A DNA stretch of 64,000 nt from an uncultured delta proteobacterium (GCA_963745025.1 CAVUWD010000007.1:75091-139090), one strand, 5' to 3'; shown: positions 45,306 through 56,539, counted from the first letter of the stretch. Numbers and translations are program-made. Notes: a model not told the origin generated them from the sequence alone.

Positions 45306-48300
45306 GTGAGCTTTCTCGAGACAGTTGACCGCGCACGCACGTTCCTCGAGCGCCATCGGCGCGTATCCCTGCGTGCCCTCCGCCGAGAGTTCGATCTCGA
45401 TGCGGAGACGCTCGCCGAGCTCAGCGACGAGCTGGTACAGGTCCAGCGCGTCGCCGTCCTTGAGGGCGACGTCCTCGTGTGGGCGGGCGCAGAGACTCGT
45501 ACCGTTCCGCCCACCGGCATCCCGCCGCCCACAACCGACCCGCGCTCCTACACCCCGAAGCACCTCGCCGAGAAGATCCTCACCTCCCGCAGCGCTCTCG
45601 AGGGCGAGCGCAAGCAGGTGACGGTGCTGTTCGCCGACGTGAAGGGGTCGATGGAGCTCGGCGAGAAGATCGATCCAGAAGAGTGGTATCGGATCATGGA
45701 CCGCTTCTTCCAGATCCTCTCCGACGGGGTGCACCGTTTCGAGGGGACGGTCGACAAGTTCACCGGCGATGGAATCATGGCGATCTTCGGGGCGCCGATC
45801 GCCCACGAAGATCATGCCCGGCGCGCCTGCTACGCGGCGTTGCATCTGAGGGACGAACTTCGCCGATACGCCGAGGAGCTGAAACGCACACGGGGACTCA
45901 GCTTCTCCGTGCGTATGGGACTCAATTCGGGTGAGGTCGTGGTGGGAACGATCGGCGACGATCTGAAGATGGTCTACACGGCGCACGGCAACACCGTGGG
46001 CCTCGGACAGCGGATGGAGCAGCTCGCCACACCCGATCAGGTCTATCTAACCGAGAACAGCGCGAAGCTGGTTTCGGGGTTCTTCCGCCTGCGCGATCTC
46101 GGCCCGTTCGAGCTCAAAGGGGTAAGCGCTCCGGTGCGGGTCTACGAATTGGAGGGCGTGGGCGCGCTCCACACTCCTCTCGAAGTGTCCCGCGCCCGCG
46201 GCTTGTCGCGCTTCGTCGGGCGCGACCGCGACATGGCGGTGCTCGAGGCCGCGCTGGAGCGCGCGCGCGGCGGCAGCGGCCAGGTGGTGGGGGTGGTGGC
46301 CGAGGCGGGCACGGGCAAGTCGCGCCTGTGCGCGGAGTTCCTCGATAGCTGCCGGGCGCGCGGCATTCCGGTGCTCGAGGGGCACGGCGTAGCGCACGGG
46401 AAGTCGATCCCGATGCTGCCCATGCTGGAGCTCTGGCGTGCCTTCTTCGGGATCGCCGACGGCGACGGCGCCGAGGCGACGCGGGCGAAGATCGCCGGGC
46501 GGCTGTTGCTGATGGACGAGAGCTTCCGCGAGGTGTTGCCCCTTCTCTTCGACCTGTTCGGCGTGCCGGACCCGGCGAACCCGGCCCCCGCAATCGACCC
46601 CGAGCAGCGGCAGAAGCGGCTGCACGGCGTGGTGAAGCGGGTGCTTCACGACCCGGCCTACAGCGGGGAGCGGGTGCTCCTGCTCGAGGACCTGCACTGG
46701 TTCGACGGCGCCAGCGACGCCTTCCTCGAGACGGCCGTCGAGAGCGTGCCCGCCACCCGCGATCTGTGGCTCGTCACCTTCCGTCCCGAGTACCAGTCGC
46801 GCTGGATGCAGCGGTCGTACTACCAGCAGCTGCCACTCCAGCCGCTGGGACCGGAGGCGATCCGGGCGCTGCTGCGCGATCAGCTGGGGGAGGACCCGAG
46901 CGTCGCGGCGCTGCCCGAGACGATCCAGCGAGCGCACCAAGGGGAACCCGTTCTTCATCGAGGAGGTGGTGCAGTCGCTGGTGGAGAGCGGTCACCTCAC
47001 TGGAGCACGCGGCGCCTACCGGCTGACGACGGCGGTCGAGGCGCTGAATGTGCCGGCCAGCGTGCAGGCGGTGCTGGCGGCGCGGATCGACCGATTGCCG
47101 GAGCGGGAGAAGCAGGTGCTGCAGACGGCGTCGGTGATCGGCAAGACGTTCAGCGAGGCGCTGCTCGGGCGGGTCGTGGCGAGCGTGGCGACGATCGGAG
47201 AGACGGAGCTCAGCGCATCGCTCTCGGCGCTGGTGGCGGCGGAGTTTTTGTACGAGGCGGCGCTCTATCCGCAGCTCGAGTACTCCTTCAAGCACCCGCT
47301 GACGCAGGAGGTGGCGGAGCGGTCGCAGCTGCGCGAGCGGCGCATGCGGGTGCACGCGGCGGTGGGGCGGGCGCTGGAGGAGGCGGGGGAAAACCTCGAC
47401 GAGCGCGCCGCGGAGATTGCGCAGCACTACGAGGAAGCGGGGGACGGGGCGACGGCGGCGCGCTGGCACCGGCGCGCGGCGCAGTGGGCCGGGCTCTCCG
47501 ACCCGCGCGAGGGGCTGCGACACTGGCGGAGGGTGCGTGATCTCGCGCCCGGCGTGGAGGACGTGAGCGAGCGGAGCGAGCTGACGCTGCAGGCGTGTCA
47601 CCAGCTCCTCTCCCTCGGCTGGCGCATGGGGGGCAGCGAAGAAGAGGCCGCGGCGGTATACGAAGAGGGCCGCGCCCTGGCCGAGCGCACCGGCAATCGC
47701 CGTGCACTGGCGATGTTTGCGGGCCTCTACGGCATCGTGCGGATGAGCGTGGGAGGCTCTGCGCTCGACTACGTTCGCTACGGCGAGGAGGGCGCACGGA
47801 TCGCGGCGGAGTGCGACGATCCAGCGCTGCGTGCGGCGCTTGGGACGTTCCCAGCCTTTGGACACCTCCACGCCGGCGACGGCCGGGCGATGCTGGAGTG
47901 GTCGGCGCGGGTCCTGGAGGAGGTTGGATCGGACAATGTGCTCGGCAAGGAGATCGTCGGCTTCAGCCCGCGAGCGGGCATGTTCATGGTCCGCGCACTG
48001 GCCCTCACGTGTCTGGGGCGACTGGACGAGGCGTGGAGCCAGGTCAGAGAGGCAGAGCGCGTCGCGGAGGAATCGCGAGAGCTCGAGGTACTGGGCTGGG
48101 TGCTGTCCGTCTGGGCGGAGCTGGCTTACACGTGCGGTGGCACCGAGTCTGTCCTGGAGCACGGCCGTCGTAGCCTCGAGATCGCGGAGAAGCTCGACAA
48201 CGAGTTCGTCCCGAGTGTTCGCGTACTCTGCGCTCGGGACAGCGTATCTGATCGACGCGCAGCCCGCCGCCGCTCGCGACGCACTACACGAGAGTGTTGC

Positions 48301-48736
48301 GATCGCTCGTGATCGCCGCACGGGGCGCGCATTCCTTCCCCAGGTGCTGGCCGTGCTCGCGGAGGCGCACCTGGCACTCGGCGAACGGACCGAGGCCTTG
48401 GCCACGGCGCGCGAGGCCATCGATCTGGCGAGCGCCGGCGGCATCGCTTACTACGAAGCGCACGCGCAGCTCGCGCTGGCCGGGGCTCTGCTGGCGACGG
48501 ATGGCGTCGTGCCCCGCGCGGAGATCGAGTCCGCTCTCGAACGCGCCGAGCACCTGGTCGAGTCGATCGAAGGCCGCTCGCTGTCGCCGCGGATCCTGGA
48601 GATGCGCGGACGCCTGGCCGCCGCGCTCGGCGACGCGCCGGCTTCCGACCGGGCGCTGCGACAAGCGCTGGATCTCTACCGAGCCATCGGCGCCACCGGG
48701 CACGCCGAGCGGCTGGCGCGGGAGATCGGCGCATGA
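45306..48736 (+). CDS. Class III nucleotide cyclase-AAA(STAND)-TPR protein; frameshifts near 46930 and 48210
   Basis: VLFADVKGS, DKFTGDG, VRMGLNSGEVVVG, P-loop AEAGTGKSRL, LEDLHWFD, YSFKHPLTQEVA, TPR tail ending ALDLYRAIGATGHAERLAREIGA*. Confidence 0.88.
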
Positions 48737-48990
48737 AGTGCGCGAGGTGCGGTAGCCAGAGCCCCGAGCGCGCGAAGTTCTGCCTCGAGTGCGGCGCCGC
48801 CTTCGCCCCGCGCTGCGCCAGCTGCGGGCCGCTGCGGACTCGCTTCGACGTCTCGCGGGCCCGCGGCTTCTCCCGCTTCGTCGGGCATGACGAGGAGATA
48901 CAGCTGCTGGAGACGGCGCCGCTCGAACTGTTCCGGCTGAATGCCGAGTTGCCGAAGCGCGCAACCCTGGGGCTCGAGCGATGGCTCTTG
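48733..48990 (+). pseudogene. Collapsed downstream copy of a zinc ribbon-cyclase-AAA gene
   Basis: ATGA overlap; MKCARC..FCLECG..CASC|GPLRTRFDVSRARGFSRFVGHDEEIQLLE, with the cyclase domain deleted. Confidence 0.75.
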
Positions 48991-49640
48991 GCACGCGGCT
49001 GAAGCACCCCCGCCGCGGCGCGTGGCTAGTGCTGTGGCTCGTAACGGCGGCGCACGCGAACCCGCCGCCCGTCCCTGCCTCGGTGCGAAGGATACTCGGC
49101 GGCGCGACCGTGCTCGTGCTGCCGTCGCGGTGTGCCGGTGCTGTCGTCGAGGCGCCATGGCTCGTGGCGACGGCGAAACACTGCATCGACGACGGCGTGC
49201 GGCTCCGCGTCCGGGTGGCCGGCGTCGAGCGTGACGCGGCGGTTGTGGACGAGGACGCGGCCGCCGACCAGGTCGTGCTGGCGCTCGCGTCCGCGGTGCC
49301 GGTGACGCCGCTCGGGGTCGTGCGGCGCATCCCGAGCGTCGGCACGGTGCTCTACTTTCACGGCAACCCGGAGCGCCCAAGCTGGCAGGCAGCGCGGCTC
49401 GATCGGATCGCGCCGTGTCCGTCGCTGCCGGACCTCTCGCGCGCGCTGCACACGAGCATCGACGGCACGCCCGGCGACTCGGGCGCGCCACTCGTCGACC
49501 TGCTGGGCGAGGTGGTGGGGCTCGTGCACGGCGGCGCCAAGTGCCGGATCGCGACGCCGGGCGATCGTCTCGCGCGTCTCATCGACCGGGTGCTGGAGCG
49601 CGAGCAGACGCGCGTGCCGCGGGGCAGAGCTACCCCATAG
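48981..49640 (+). CDS. Trypsin-like serine protease, probably secreted
   Basis: VATAKHC, DQVVL, GDSGAP triad; hydrophobic N-terminus. Confidence 0.85.
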   Translation: MALGTRLKHPRRGAWLVLWLVTAAHANPPPVPASVRRILGGATVLVLPSRCAGAVVEAPWLVATAKHCIDDGVRLRVRVAGVERDAAVVDEDAAADQVVLALASAVPVTPLGVVRRIPSVGTVLYFHGNPERPSWQAARLDRIAPCPSLPDLSRALHTSIDGTPGDSGAPLVDLLGEVVGLVHGGAKCRIATPGDRLARLIDRVLEREQTRVPRGRATP

Positions 49641-49757
49641 CCGAGATGCACCATACGGGCAGAAGGTGAACTTCGCCCGGTGCCACCCTATTGGCCACCG
49701 CACGAAGGTCATCTGTTTCGACTCTCCAGAAGGCATTGCGAGGCGAGCAGCCTCGTC

Positions 49758-49811
49758 ATGATCAGCGACAATTACTTTTGCCGGTCGGCAAGAGTAATTG
49801 TCGTCGATCAT
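49758..49811. repeat. 54-bp near-perfect palindrome
   Basis: ATGATCAGCGACAATTACTTTTGCCG-gt-CGGCAAGAGTAATTGTCGTCGATCAT; 26-bp arms, 3 mismatches. Confidence 0.85.
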
Positions 49812-50254
49812 CGTCAGTCACGTTCACATCTTACTTGCTGGCTGGCGGCGCTCCCCCGGAACCTTCCACACGGCTCTATTCTAACTCCTGTCGCGCGCTC
49901 CACCGGTCTCATCGCGTTGCTAGTCCCAGGTAGCGGATTCCAGCTCATGACCAGCTTGTAAGCTCCGTAACCCACAGCTGCTGCGACAACCACCGGGACC
50001 CCTGCGGCGATCGCGATGTCTCCTGGAAGACATTCCTCGGACATATCTGCGGTCTCCCCGAAGGTCAGGCTAACGATACGAACGGGCGGGCGATCTGCCC
50101 AGTCGCGGAGACGAGATCAATGCGAAGATGCTGGCCGAACTTGTCGAAGCGAATCGCGGCCGGCGAGGTGGGCGCCGGGAGGGCCAAAGGTCAACGCGCT
50201 CGCGGCGTATCGGTTCAGTGACATTACCATAGCCTCATACTCCAGAGCATCGTG

Positions 50255-50305
50255 GACGTCTGTTTTCGATCCCTTCTGCGGCTCGGGAACCTTCTTGATC
50301 TCGAC
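50255..50305 (+). pseudogene. DNA methyltransferase motif I remnant
   Basis: VFDPFCGSGTFLI with no other MTase motif around it. Confidence 0.45.
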
Positions 50306-50529
50306 ACGTAGGGAGCGACTGAGAACTCGTTGAGCGAAGGCACGAGCCAGTCGCTCCAGCAGCGTGTACCCGGTCGTTTTCATATTAGAACGCACCTGAG
50401 GCAAGCGCCATGCGGCTTTCAGCGGTGCCAGGACCTTTTAGGCGTCGGCATTGCCACTGAACTGATCGCGATCCGAATGTCGAAACCATGCCAGTTGGAA
50501 CCCGCGGTTCTTGGTTGCAATGCGTTTCA

Positions 50530-51134
50530 TCGGCCCCCAAGGACTGCGTGACGGTCTGCGCCAACGCCGTGCTCGCCTCCGCACCGGCGATCGACCGGGC
50601 TTTCCTCGGGAAGCTGAGGAGACGGTATTCACAGATACTGCGCGCGGACGGCTCTTCGATCGCGCTCGAGAGATGCTCGCGGTTGCGAGCGCAACCGCCG
50701 GCGAGGACGAGAAGCGGGTGCGCGACGAGCTTCGCCACCTCGAGGCGACGAGCGCGGCCCTGGTGCGGGCAATTGAGAACGCCGCTCTATCGGGAGGAAT
50801 GCCCGACGCCTTGGTTGCTCGGCTTCGTGAACGCGAAGCTGAGAAGCAGGCCGCCGAGCTGCGACTGCGAGAAATCCTCACCCTCGGAGCCGTCACTGAC
50901 TTCGAGCTTCGCCGCGATGAGCAGGAACTTGCACGCCGTCTCCGGGATCTCCGCGCCGAGATGCTCTCGGACATGACCGGCGCACGAGCAGTCGTATCCC
51001 GGCTCCTGGTAGGCAAGGTGGTGTTCGAGCCCGAGGTAGAGGATCGAGCCTACTTGGTCCGGGCCACCCTCGCTCTCGGCCGCGTGATAAGTATAGCGTC
51101 CCCGACGGGATTTGAACCCGTGTTACCGGCGTGA
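50530..51134 (+). mobile_element. Large serine recombinase C-terminal remnant reading into the tRNA-Glu 3' end
   Basis: TVCAN..IDRAFLGKL (end of zinc ribbon), frameshift, coiled coil, and a terminus ASPTGFEPVLPA encoded antisense by the tRNA. Confidence 0.65.
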
Positions 51135-51171
51135 AAGGCCGGTGTCCTGGGCCGGGCTAGACGACGGGGAC
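51097..51171 (-). tRNA. tRNA-Glu(TTC)
   Basis: GTCCCCG acceptor stem, anticodon arm CCGGC-CTTTCAC-GCCGG, GGTTCAAATCC; no encoded CCA. Confidence 0.95.
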
Positions 51172-51191
51172 GTGAACTCTGGTTCGCGCAG

Positions 51192-51264
51192 TGAGCCGCC
51201 TGGGAATCGAACCCAGGACACCCGGCTTAAAAGGCCGGTGCTCTACCTACTGAGCTAGCGGCTC
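51192..51264 (-). tRNA. tRNA-Lys(TTT)
   Basis: GAGCCGCTAGCTCAG..., anticodon arm CCGGC-CTTTTAA-GCCGG, GGTTCGATTCC. Confidence 0.95.
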
Positions 51265-52189
51265 GCGATTGGGAAAATGAGTTACTTAGCAGGCGCTCGC
51301 TCTCCTTTCCACCCTCTAGCGTAACGCCGCACCCTACGCGGACCGCCGTGTGACGGAAATCATGAGCCACCCTCCCCGTCAAGCCGGCCGACGCACGAAC
51401 ACGCTGCCCAAATCACGGAGGATGGCCGTGGTGACGGAGCCGGTAGTCGACACGAAACCAGCGGCACCCGCGTCATCGGCTGCCACCGAGCACGTGCGGA
51501 GAAACCGGGGAGCTCCGAAAGGCAATTGCCCCACCCTGTTTCGCACGACCTCCTTCCGACCGTCCGGGGCGCGCGACGGATCGCCTCGAGGCGCATCTCC
51601 GCGCCGGGTGCGGCAACGTCGATCACGAAGGCAATCCCACTGCCGTCGGTCGTGCTGGAACCGGCAGAGAAAGGCAAGCGTCGTGAACATCGATAGTGTC
51701 CGAACCAGGTACCAGGAAGCGCTCGGCGTCATACCGGATGAACGTGGACCGTCCCCTGAAAAAATGGATGCGGTGCGTCCGACTTCGCCTCCGGCCCGTG
51801 GACGAGGAAATAGTCGCGTGCGTCGGCTTGCAGGGTGAGCAGCAAGAGCGCCGAGACGACGATCGCAAACGAATGTCGACCGTGAGCACACCGCCCAGAA
51901 CCAGCGTCCGCCAGAACCAGGCAACGAGCAGAAAGCAGCGCGAATCCCGAACGTGAGCGTGAGGCAACCCGAGCACAAGGAATGCTGCCGTCCAGAAGTC
52001 GAGCAGCGGACCCGCATGACCGTACTGCACCGCGTTGCGCAGCGCACGGTATTCGCAGCTACCTGAGTGCGGGTAGCCTGACGTGTAAACATGATGCCCG
52101 CCCACCCTTCGCGCAGAGCGGGTTTCCGAGCCTCGTCGTCCCGCGCCGCCTCGGGCATCCAGATCGTCTCCGGCACGGCTACGATCCGC

Positions 52190-52630
52190 AACAGCACGCT
52201 CTCGGGCAAGTACTCCAACAACGACGGCGGCATGTAGGGGTATTCGACCTACTACGGCACGGCCACGCTCGCTAACCGCACGCTCGAGGTGCAACGGCGC
52301 CACCTACGGCGGCGCATCCTCAACGAGCAGAGATCCACGGCTACGGTGAAGAACTCAATTGTCGCGAATAGCACTGCTGGCGGCAATTGTTTAAGCAATT
52401 CTTACGACTCTACATTCACCGCCTTGGGAGCGAACCTGGACACTGACGGAACCTGCGGATTCACCACGGTCACCTCGGTGCAGCTCAACCTCGGACCGCT
52501 GGCGCTGAACTGGCTTGGCACCACCGCTACCTTGGCGTTGTTACCCGGCAGCGTGAGTTGACGCCGTACGGATTGTACGGATGTTGCCGGTGATCCCGTG
52601 CTGAAGACCAGCGGGGTGTACCCCGGCCTG
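52190..52630 (+). pseudogene. Choice-of-anchor Q / beta-helix surface protein remnant
   Basis: TVKNSIVANSTAGGNC, GANLDTDGTC, LNLGPLALN..TATLALLPGS, then DCTDVAGDPV in another frame. Confidence 0.65.
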
Positions 52631-52744
52631 ACGGCGGAACTCCAGTTCGACCGCGCCAGGGCTGCGCCCACCGGCCTCCAGGGACCCCGACTTCGGTGGG
52701 GTTCGGGCCTTTAGAGTTGCTGGACCGGCGGATCACGAACCCGC

Positions 52745-53161
52745 TCAGGTACGGGAGGTGCGTGCGTTGGCAGGTTCGCTGGTCCGAGGAGGCACGATCG
52801 GTTCGAGGACGACGTGGTCGCCCTTCTCGGTCTGAGAGAGCTGGATCGTGCCTGCCGCAAGCTCGAGGACACCGACCGCTTTCTCCACCTCGGGACACGC
52901 GCTGCCGGGCCGCACATCGGTTACTGCGGCCACGACCCGATGATCGGAATCTAGAAAGAGAAGATCAAGGGAAGCGCGTATCAGCGAGGTATCGACCTGA
53001 TTGCAGGCTTCGATCCACACTCCGTCCCCGGGCAGGATGTTCTCGGCGAGCGTCGCAGCGCGTTGCTTCGAGTGGTCGGAGATCATCAGCCGCGATGCGA
53101 GCAGCGTCTTCCGCGTCTCGTTCAGCGCTAAGATCAAGGAGTGATCCGCCACCGCGAGCAT
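52745..53161 (-). CDS. DUF192-like protein (divergent)
   Basis: NETRKTLLASRL, GDGVWIEACNQVDT, LDLLFLD..RVV, VLELAAG. Confidence 0.7.
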   Translation of the reverse strand: MLAVADHSLILALNETRKTLLASRLMISDHSKQRAATLAENILPGDGVWIEACNQVDTSLIRASLDLLFLDSDHRVVAAVTDVRPGSACPEVEKAVGVLELAAGTIQLSQTEKGDHVVLEPIVPPRTSEPANARTSRT

Positions 53162-53369
53162 TCCTACTTTGTTCTCGACTATCATCGGAAGCAACCAGCG
53201 TGCCGGGGAAAAAACCAAGGAATTTCAGCGGCCCAGGACCTCGTCGTGCACGGACCTCTGCAGATAATTTCATGCTTGACGCAGGCTTTTGCGCGGTGGA
53301 AAAAGCCGCCATCCACGCGGGGCAGCGGCTTTGACTTGTCGGGTCACGGTTGTTACGGAGAACCCGCCG

Positions 53370-54783
53370 ATGCCGCAAGTCCGCAGCCGCTTTGCGCCGA
53401 GCCCGACTGGGTATCTCCACATCGGCGGCGCGCGCACGGCGCTCTTCAGCTATCTGTTCGCGCGCGGCAAGGGCGGAGCGTTCATTCTGCGGATCGAGGA
53501 CACGGACCGCGCGCGCTCGACCTCCGAGTCCGTGCAAGCGATTTTCGACAGCCTGCGCTGGCTGCGCATCGATTGGGACGAGGGCCCATTTTTCCAGAGC
53601 CAGCGGAGCGATCTCTACAAGGAGCGCGTCCGGGACCTCGAGCGTCGGGGACATGCGTACCGCTGCTATTGCTCCGCGGAGGAGCTCGAGCGAAAGCGCG
53701 AGACGGCGCTTCGCGAGGGCCGCAAACCCTCCTACGACCGCACGTGCCGCAACCGCACCGATCGGCCGGCCGGTCCGTTCGTGATCCGTTTCCGCGCGGC
53801 GGAGTTCGGCGAGACCGCTTTTCAGGACATGATCAAGGGACGCGTCACGTTTCAAAACGAGGAGCTCGACGACCTCATCATCGCGCGCTCGGACGGCTAC
53901 GCCGACCTACAATTTTTGCGTAGTCGTGGACGACCACGAGATGGCGATCACGCACGTGATTCGCGGCGAGGATCACCTCGCCAACACCCCAAAGCAGATC
54001 CAGCTCTACGAGGCGATGAACTATCCGGTACCGGCATTTGCCCACGTGCCGCTGATTCTCGGCCTCGACCGGACGCGCCTCTCGAAGCGCCACGGCGCGA
54101 CTTCGGTCACCGCGTACAGAGATCAGGGATTCTTCCCCGAGGCGATGATCAACTACCTCGCGCGGCTCGGCTGGTCGTACGGCGATCAGGAGATCTTCTC
54201 GATCACGGAGCTCCTGGAGAAGTTCGCGATCGAGGACGTTGGAAAGTCTGCCGGCGTCTTCGACCTCGAGAAGCTCTCGTGGGTGAATTCTCACTACATG
54301 AAGACGCTTCCCCTCGAGCGACTGGTGGGCGACGTGAGGCCATTCCTCGAGGCGCGCGGGCACCGTGGCCTGTCCGAGGAGTGGATCGCCAAGATGTTGA
54401 CGACGCTGCGCGAGCGCGCGCGAACGCTCGTCGAGCTCGTCGATCACGCTTCCTACTACCTCGGCGACGCGGTCGCGATCGACCCGAAAGCGGGCGGCAA
54501 GTTCCTGAAGCCGGAGACGCGTTCGCTGCTTCTCGAGCTCGCAGAGCGACTCGGCTCGATTCCGAGCTGGGACACGGGTTCGATCCAAGCGGTATTCGAA
54601 GCGATCATGGCGGAGCGGAGCCTCGGGCTCGGAAAGATTGCTCAGCCTGTGCGAGTCGCCGTCACGGGCGGCACCGCCAGCCCGGGCATCTTCGAGGTAC
54701 TCGAGGTCGTCGGCCGAGAGCGAAGCCTCTCCCGACTCCGGCACGCGGCGGCAACGATCGGCGGCAGCTCGGCCGCCGGTTGA
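53370..54783 (+). CDS. gltX: Glutamate-tRNA ligase (one frameshift near 53910, probably a sequencing error)
   Basis: [50 protein letters not shown]. Confidence 0.95.
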
Positions 54784-54840
54784 CTGGGTAGGCCCTTTTC
54801 AGTACTCAATCGAGATTGAGAGCCGCGTCGGCCGCGGTGG

Positions 54841-54913
54841 TGAGGAGTCGTCCAACTGGTAGGACACCTGACTCTGGATCAGGGTGTTGGAGGTTCGAGT
54901 CCTCCCTCCTCAG
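54841..54913 (+). tRNA. tRNA-Gln(CTG)
   Basis: TGAGGAG/CTCCTCA acceptor stem, CCTGA-CTCTGGA-TCAGG, GGTTCGAGTCC. Confidence 0.93.
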
Positions 54914-54953
54914 TTTCGAGCGATCCCGGCCGAGTCGGCAAACAGTCTGGAAC

Positions 54954-55025
54954 GGTCCCATCGTCTAGCGGTTAGGACGGCGGCCTCTCACGTCGCAAAC
55001 CGGGGTTCGATTCCCCGTGGGACCA
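54954..55025 (+). tRNA. tRNA-Glu(CTC)
   Basis: GGTCCCA/TGGGACC acceptor stem, GCGGC-CTCTCAC-GTCGC, GGTTCGATTCC. Confidence 0.95.
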
Positions 55026-55029
55026 CTTC

Positions 55030-55310
55030 GTTTTTCGCTGATCGTTCGCGCCAGTTAGACCGTCTCCAACCGCGCGAGCGACGGAGGTCACGGTAGAGGT
55101 CACGGTTTTCGCCCCTGCCCCGCGTCCTCCGCTCGGGCCTCCGAGCGTCTTCACCCCACCATCGAGATCCCTCGGGAAGTAGCGGCCGTAGCTCCGCTCG
55201 ATCATCGCTGCCGACGTGCCGCAGTACTCGGCGATCGCCTTCACGTTCTCGCCGCGGCGGAGCATCTCGGAGATGAAGGTGTCGCGCGTCGAGTAGAAGT
55301 CGCGCACCAG
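55030..55310 (-). mobile_element. Tyrosine integrase C-terminal remnant plus arm repeats at the tRNA-Glu(CTC) 3' end
   Basis: FYSTRDTFISEML..GENVKAIAEYCGTSAAMIERSYGRY; GAGGTCACGGT x2 at 55084-55106. Confidence 0.75.
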
Positions 55311-55321
55311 GCGCGGTTTCG

Positions 55322-55632
55322 TGTCGGTCGAATATCTTCGGTGGGGAAGACTGCCAGGCTTCGCAGGTGTGTGGCTCCTCGCAGCCCAACGTATTCGGCG
55401 GATACGATACGAAGCTCAGCAACGGCTCCGAGAACTCATCGCAGAAGAACATCTTCGGCGGTCAGGACATCCGGACGCGACACGGAACGATTCAATCTCA
55501 GCCCAACATCTTTGGCGGGTACGACTATCGCCTCCCCGACGGCAGGACAATCCAGTCGCAGCGTAATGTCTTCGGCGGTCAGACGTACCGCTACCCAGAT
55601 GGCAGGGTGGTCGAGTGCGCGCCGAACATCTC
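55322..55632 (+). pseudogene. Fragment of a repeat protein (SQxNIFGG repeats)
   Basis: Five in-frame N[IV]FGG units at 17-20 aa spacing plus a truncated sixth. Confidence 0.6.
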
Positions 55633-56039
55633 ATCGGCTCCAGCACTCGGAAGACGCTCGATGCCGGTGAGAAACAGATCCACGGTAGTCGTTCCGATCA
55701 CGACGACCACTGTCCGTAGCGTGCCGTCCGACTCACGTGGCTCCACGAAGACTCCAGTACTCGCCTACGAGCTCGCGGGCGCAGCGTGGCTGACCGACGG
55801 GACCCCGTATCCGGTGGCTGATGCGGCTCGATCCCGAATTCACGAGCTGAGACTCGTCATCGCGAGACTGCGAGCCGGCGGCGCGGCGGCCGATGGATCT
55901 CGACCTCCGCTACGTTTCCGCTGAGGGCGACGCTCTACACGGGTGGAGCCGAGACGAACGACGCGAATCGCCATGCTGAAGTGACTCATCACGAGCCGAC
56001 GTTTGCCACTGAGGCATAGAGCGAGGACGACGGGATTCT

Positions 56040-56495
56040 TCAGGTGACCCTGTACACCCGGTACTCGACGACCAGGTTCGGCAGCATCCGGCCCTCTCCT
56101 ACGAATAGCGTCTGGTTCAGCCAGGCATATCTCGGGTCGCCGGTCTCGAAGCGGGGATTCGTCCGCCAGTAGTGGTCCGCGAACTCCGTTCCGGTCTGCT
56201 TCTCGAGCGCCTGCTGCGCCTTCGCGTTGAATTCGATGATTCCGTAATACGCGAGGTAGATGGCCGCCCCGTCGCCCGTGACGAGCTGGGCACGCACGTC
56301 GAGGCGCGCTTGCCCGTCCGGTCCGACCAGGGCCCAGTCGCCGCCGCCGCTCAGGATCCTTCCCTTGAGCCGTGGCCCCTCGAAGTCGCCGCCGGTCACT
56401 TCGGCGACGATGCGATTGCCGTAAGGACCGGCCCCGATGGTGACCGGGGGCTTCAACGTGGCGCGATAGGTGAATTCGTACTCTAGACTCGGCAT
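56040..56495 (-). CDS. DUF3237 protein
   Basis: VTGGDFEGPRLKGRILSGGGDW, RLDVRAQLVTGDGA, PRFETGDPRYAWLN. Confidence 0.88.
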   Translation of the reverse strand: MPSLEYEFTYRATLKPPVTIGAGPYGNRIVAEVTGGDFEGPRLKGRILSGGGDWALVGPDGQARLDVRAQLVTGDGAAIYLAYYGIIEFNAKAQQALEKQTGTEFADHYWRTNPRFETGDPRYAWLNQTLFVGEGRMLPNLVVEYRVYRVT

Positions 56496-56539
56496 GACTT
56501 CCTCCTCAGCTGGCGCATCCGTAACGCCGCGAGTCCCCG

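Noticed and set aside
45306-49640. STAND + trypsin protease as an Avs-type defence system
   Set aside because: The protease looks secreted and is separated by a collapsed relic; no functional link is visible.
51350-52190. ORFs between tRNA-Lys and the surface-protein relic
   Set aside because: No frame has recognisable motifs or clear start signals.
53880-53930. Programmed frameshift or split gltX
   Set aside because: A single-base error in the PTYNF region is simpler given the many similar indels in the window.
55322-55632. 57-60 nt periodicity as a CRISPR or DNA repeat
   Set aside because: Conservation is at amino-acid level with synonymous changes.
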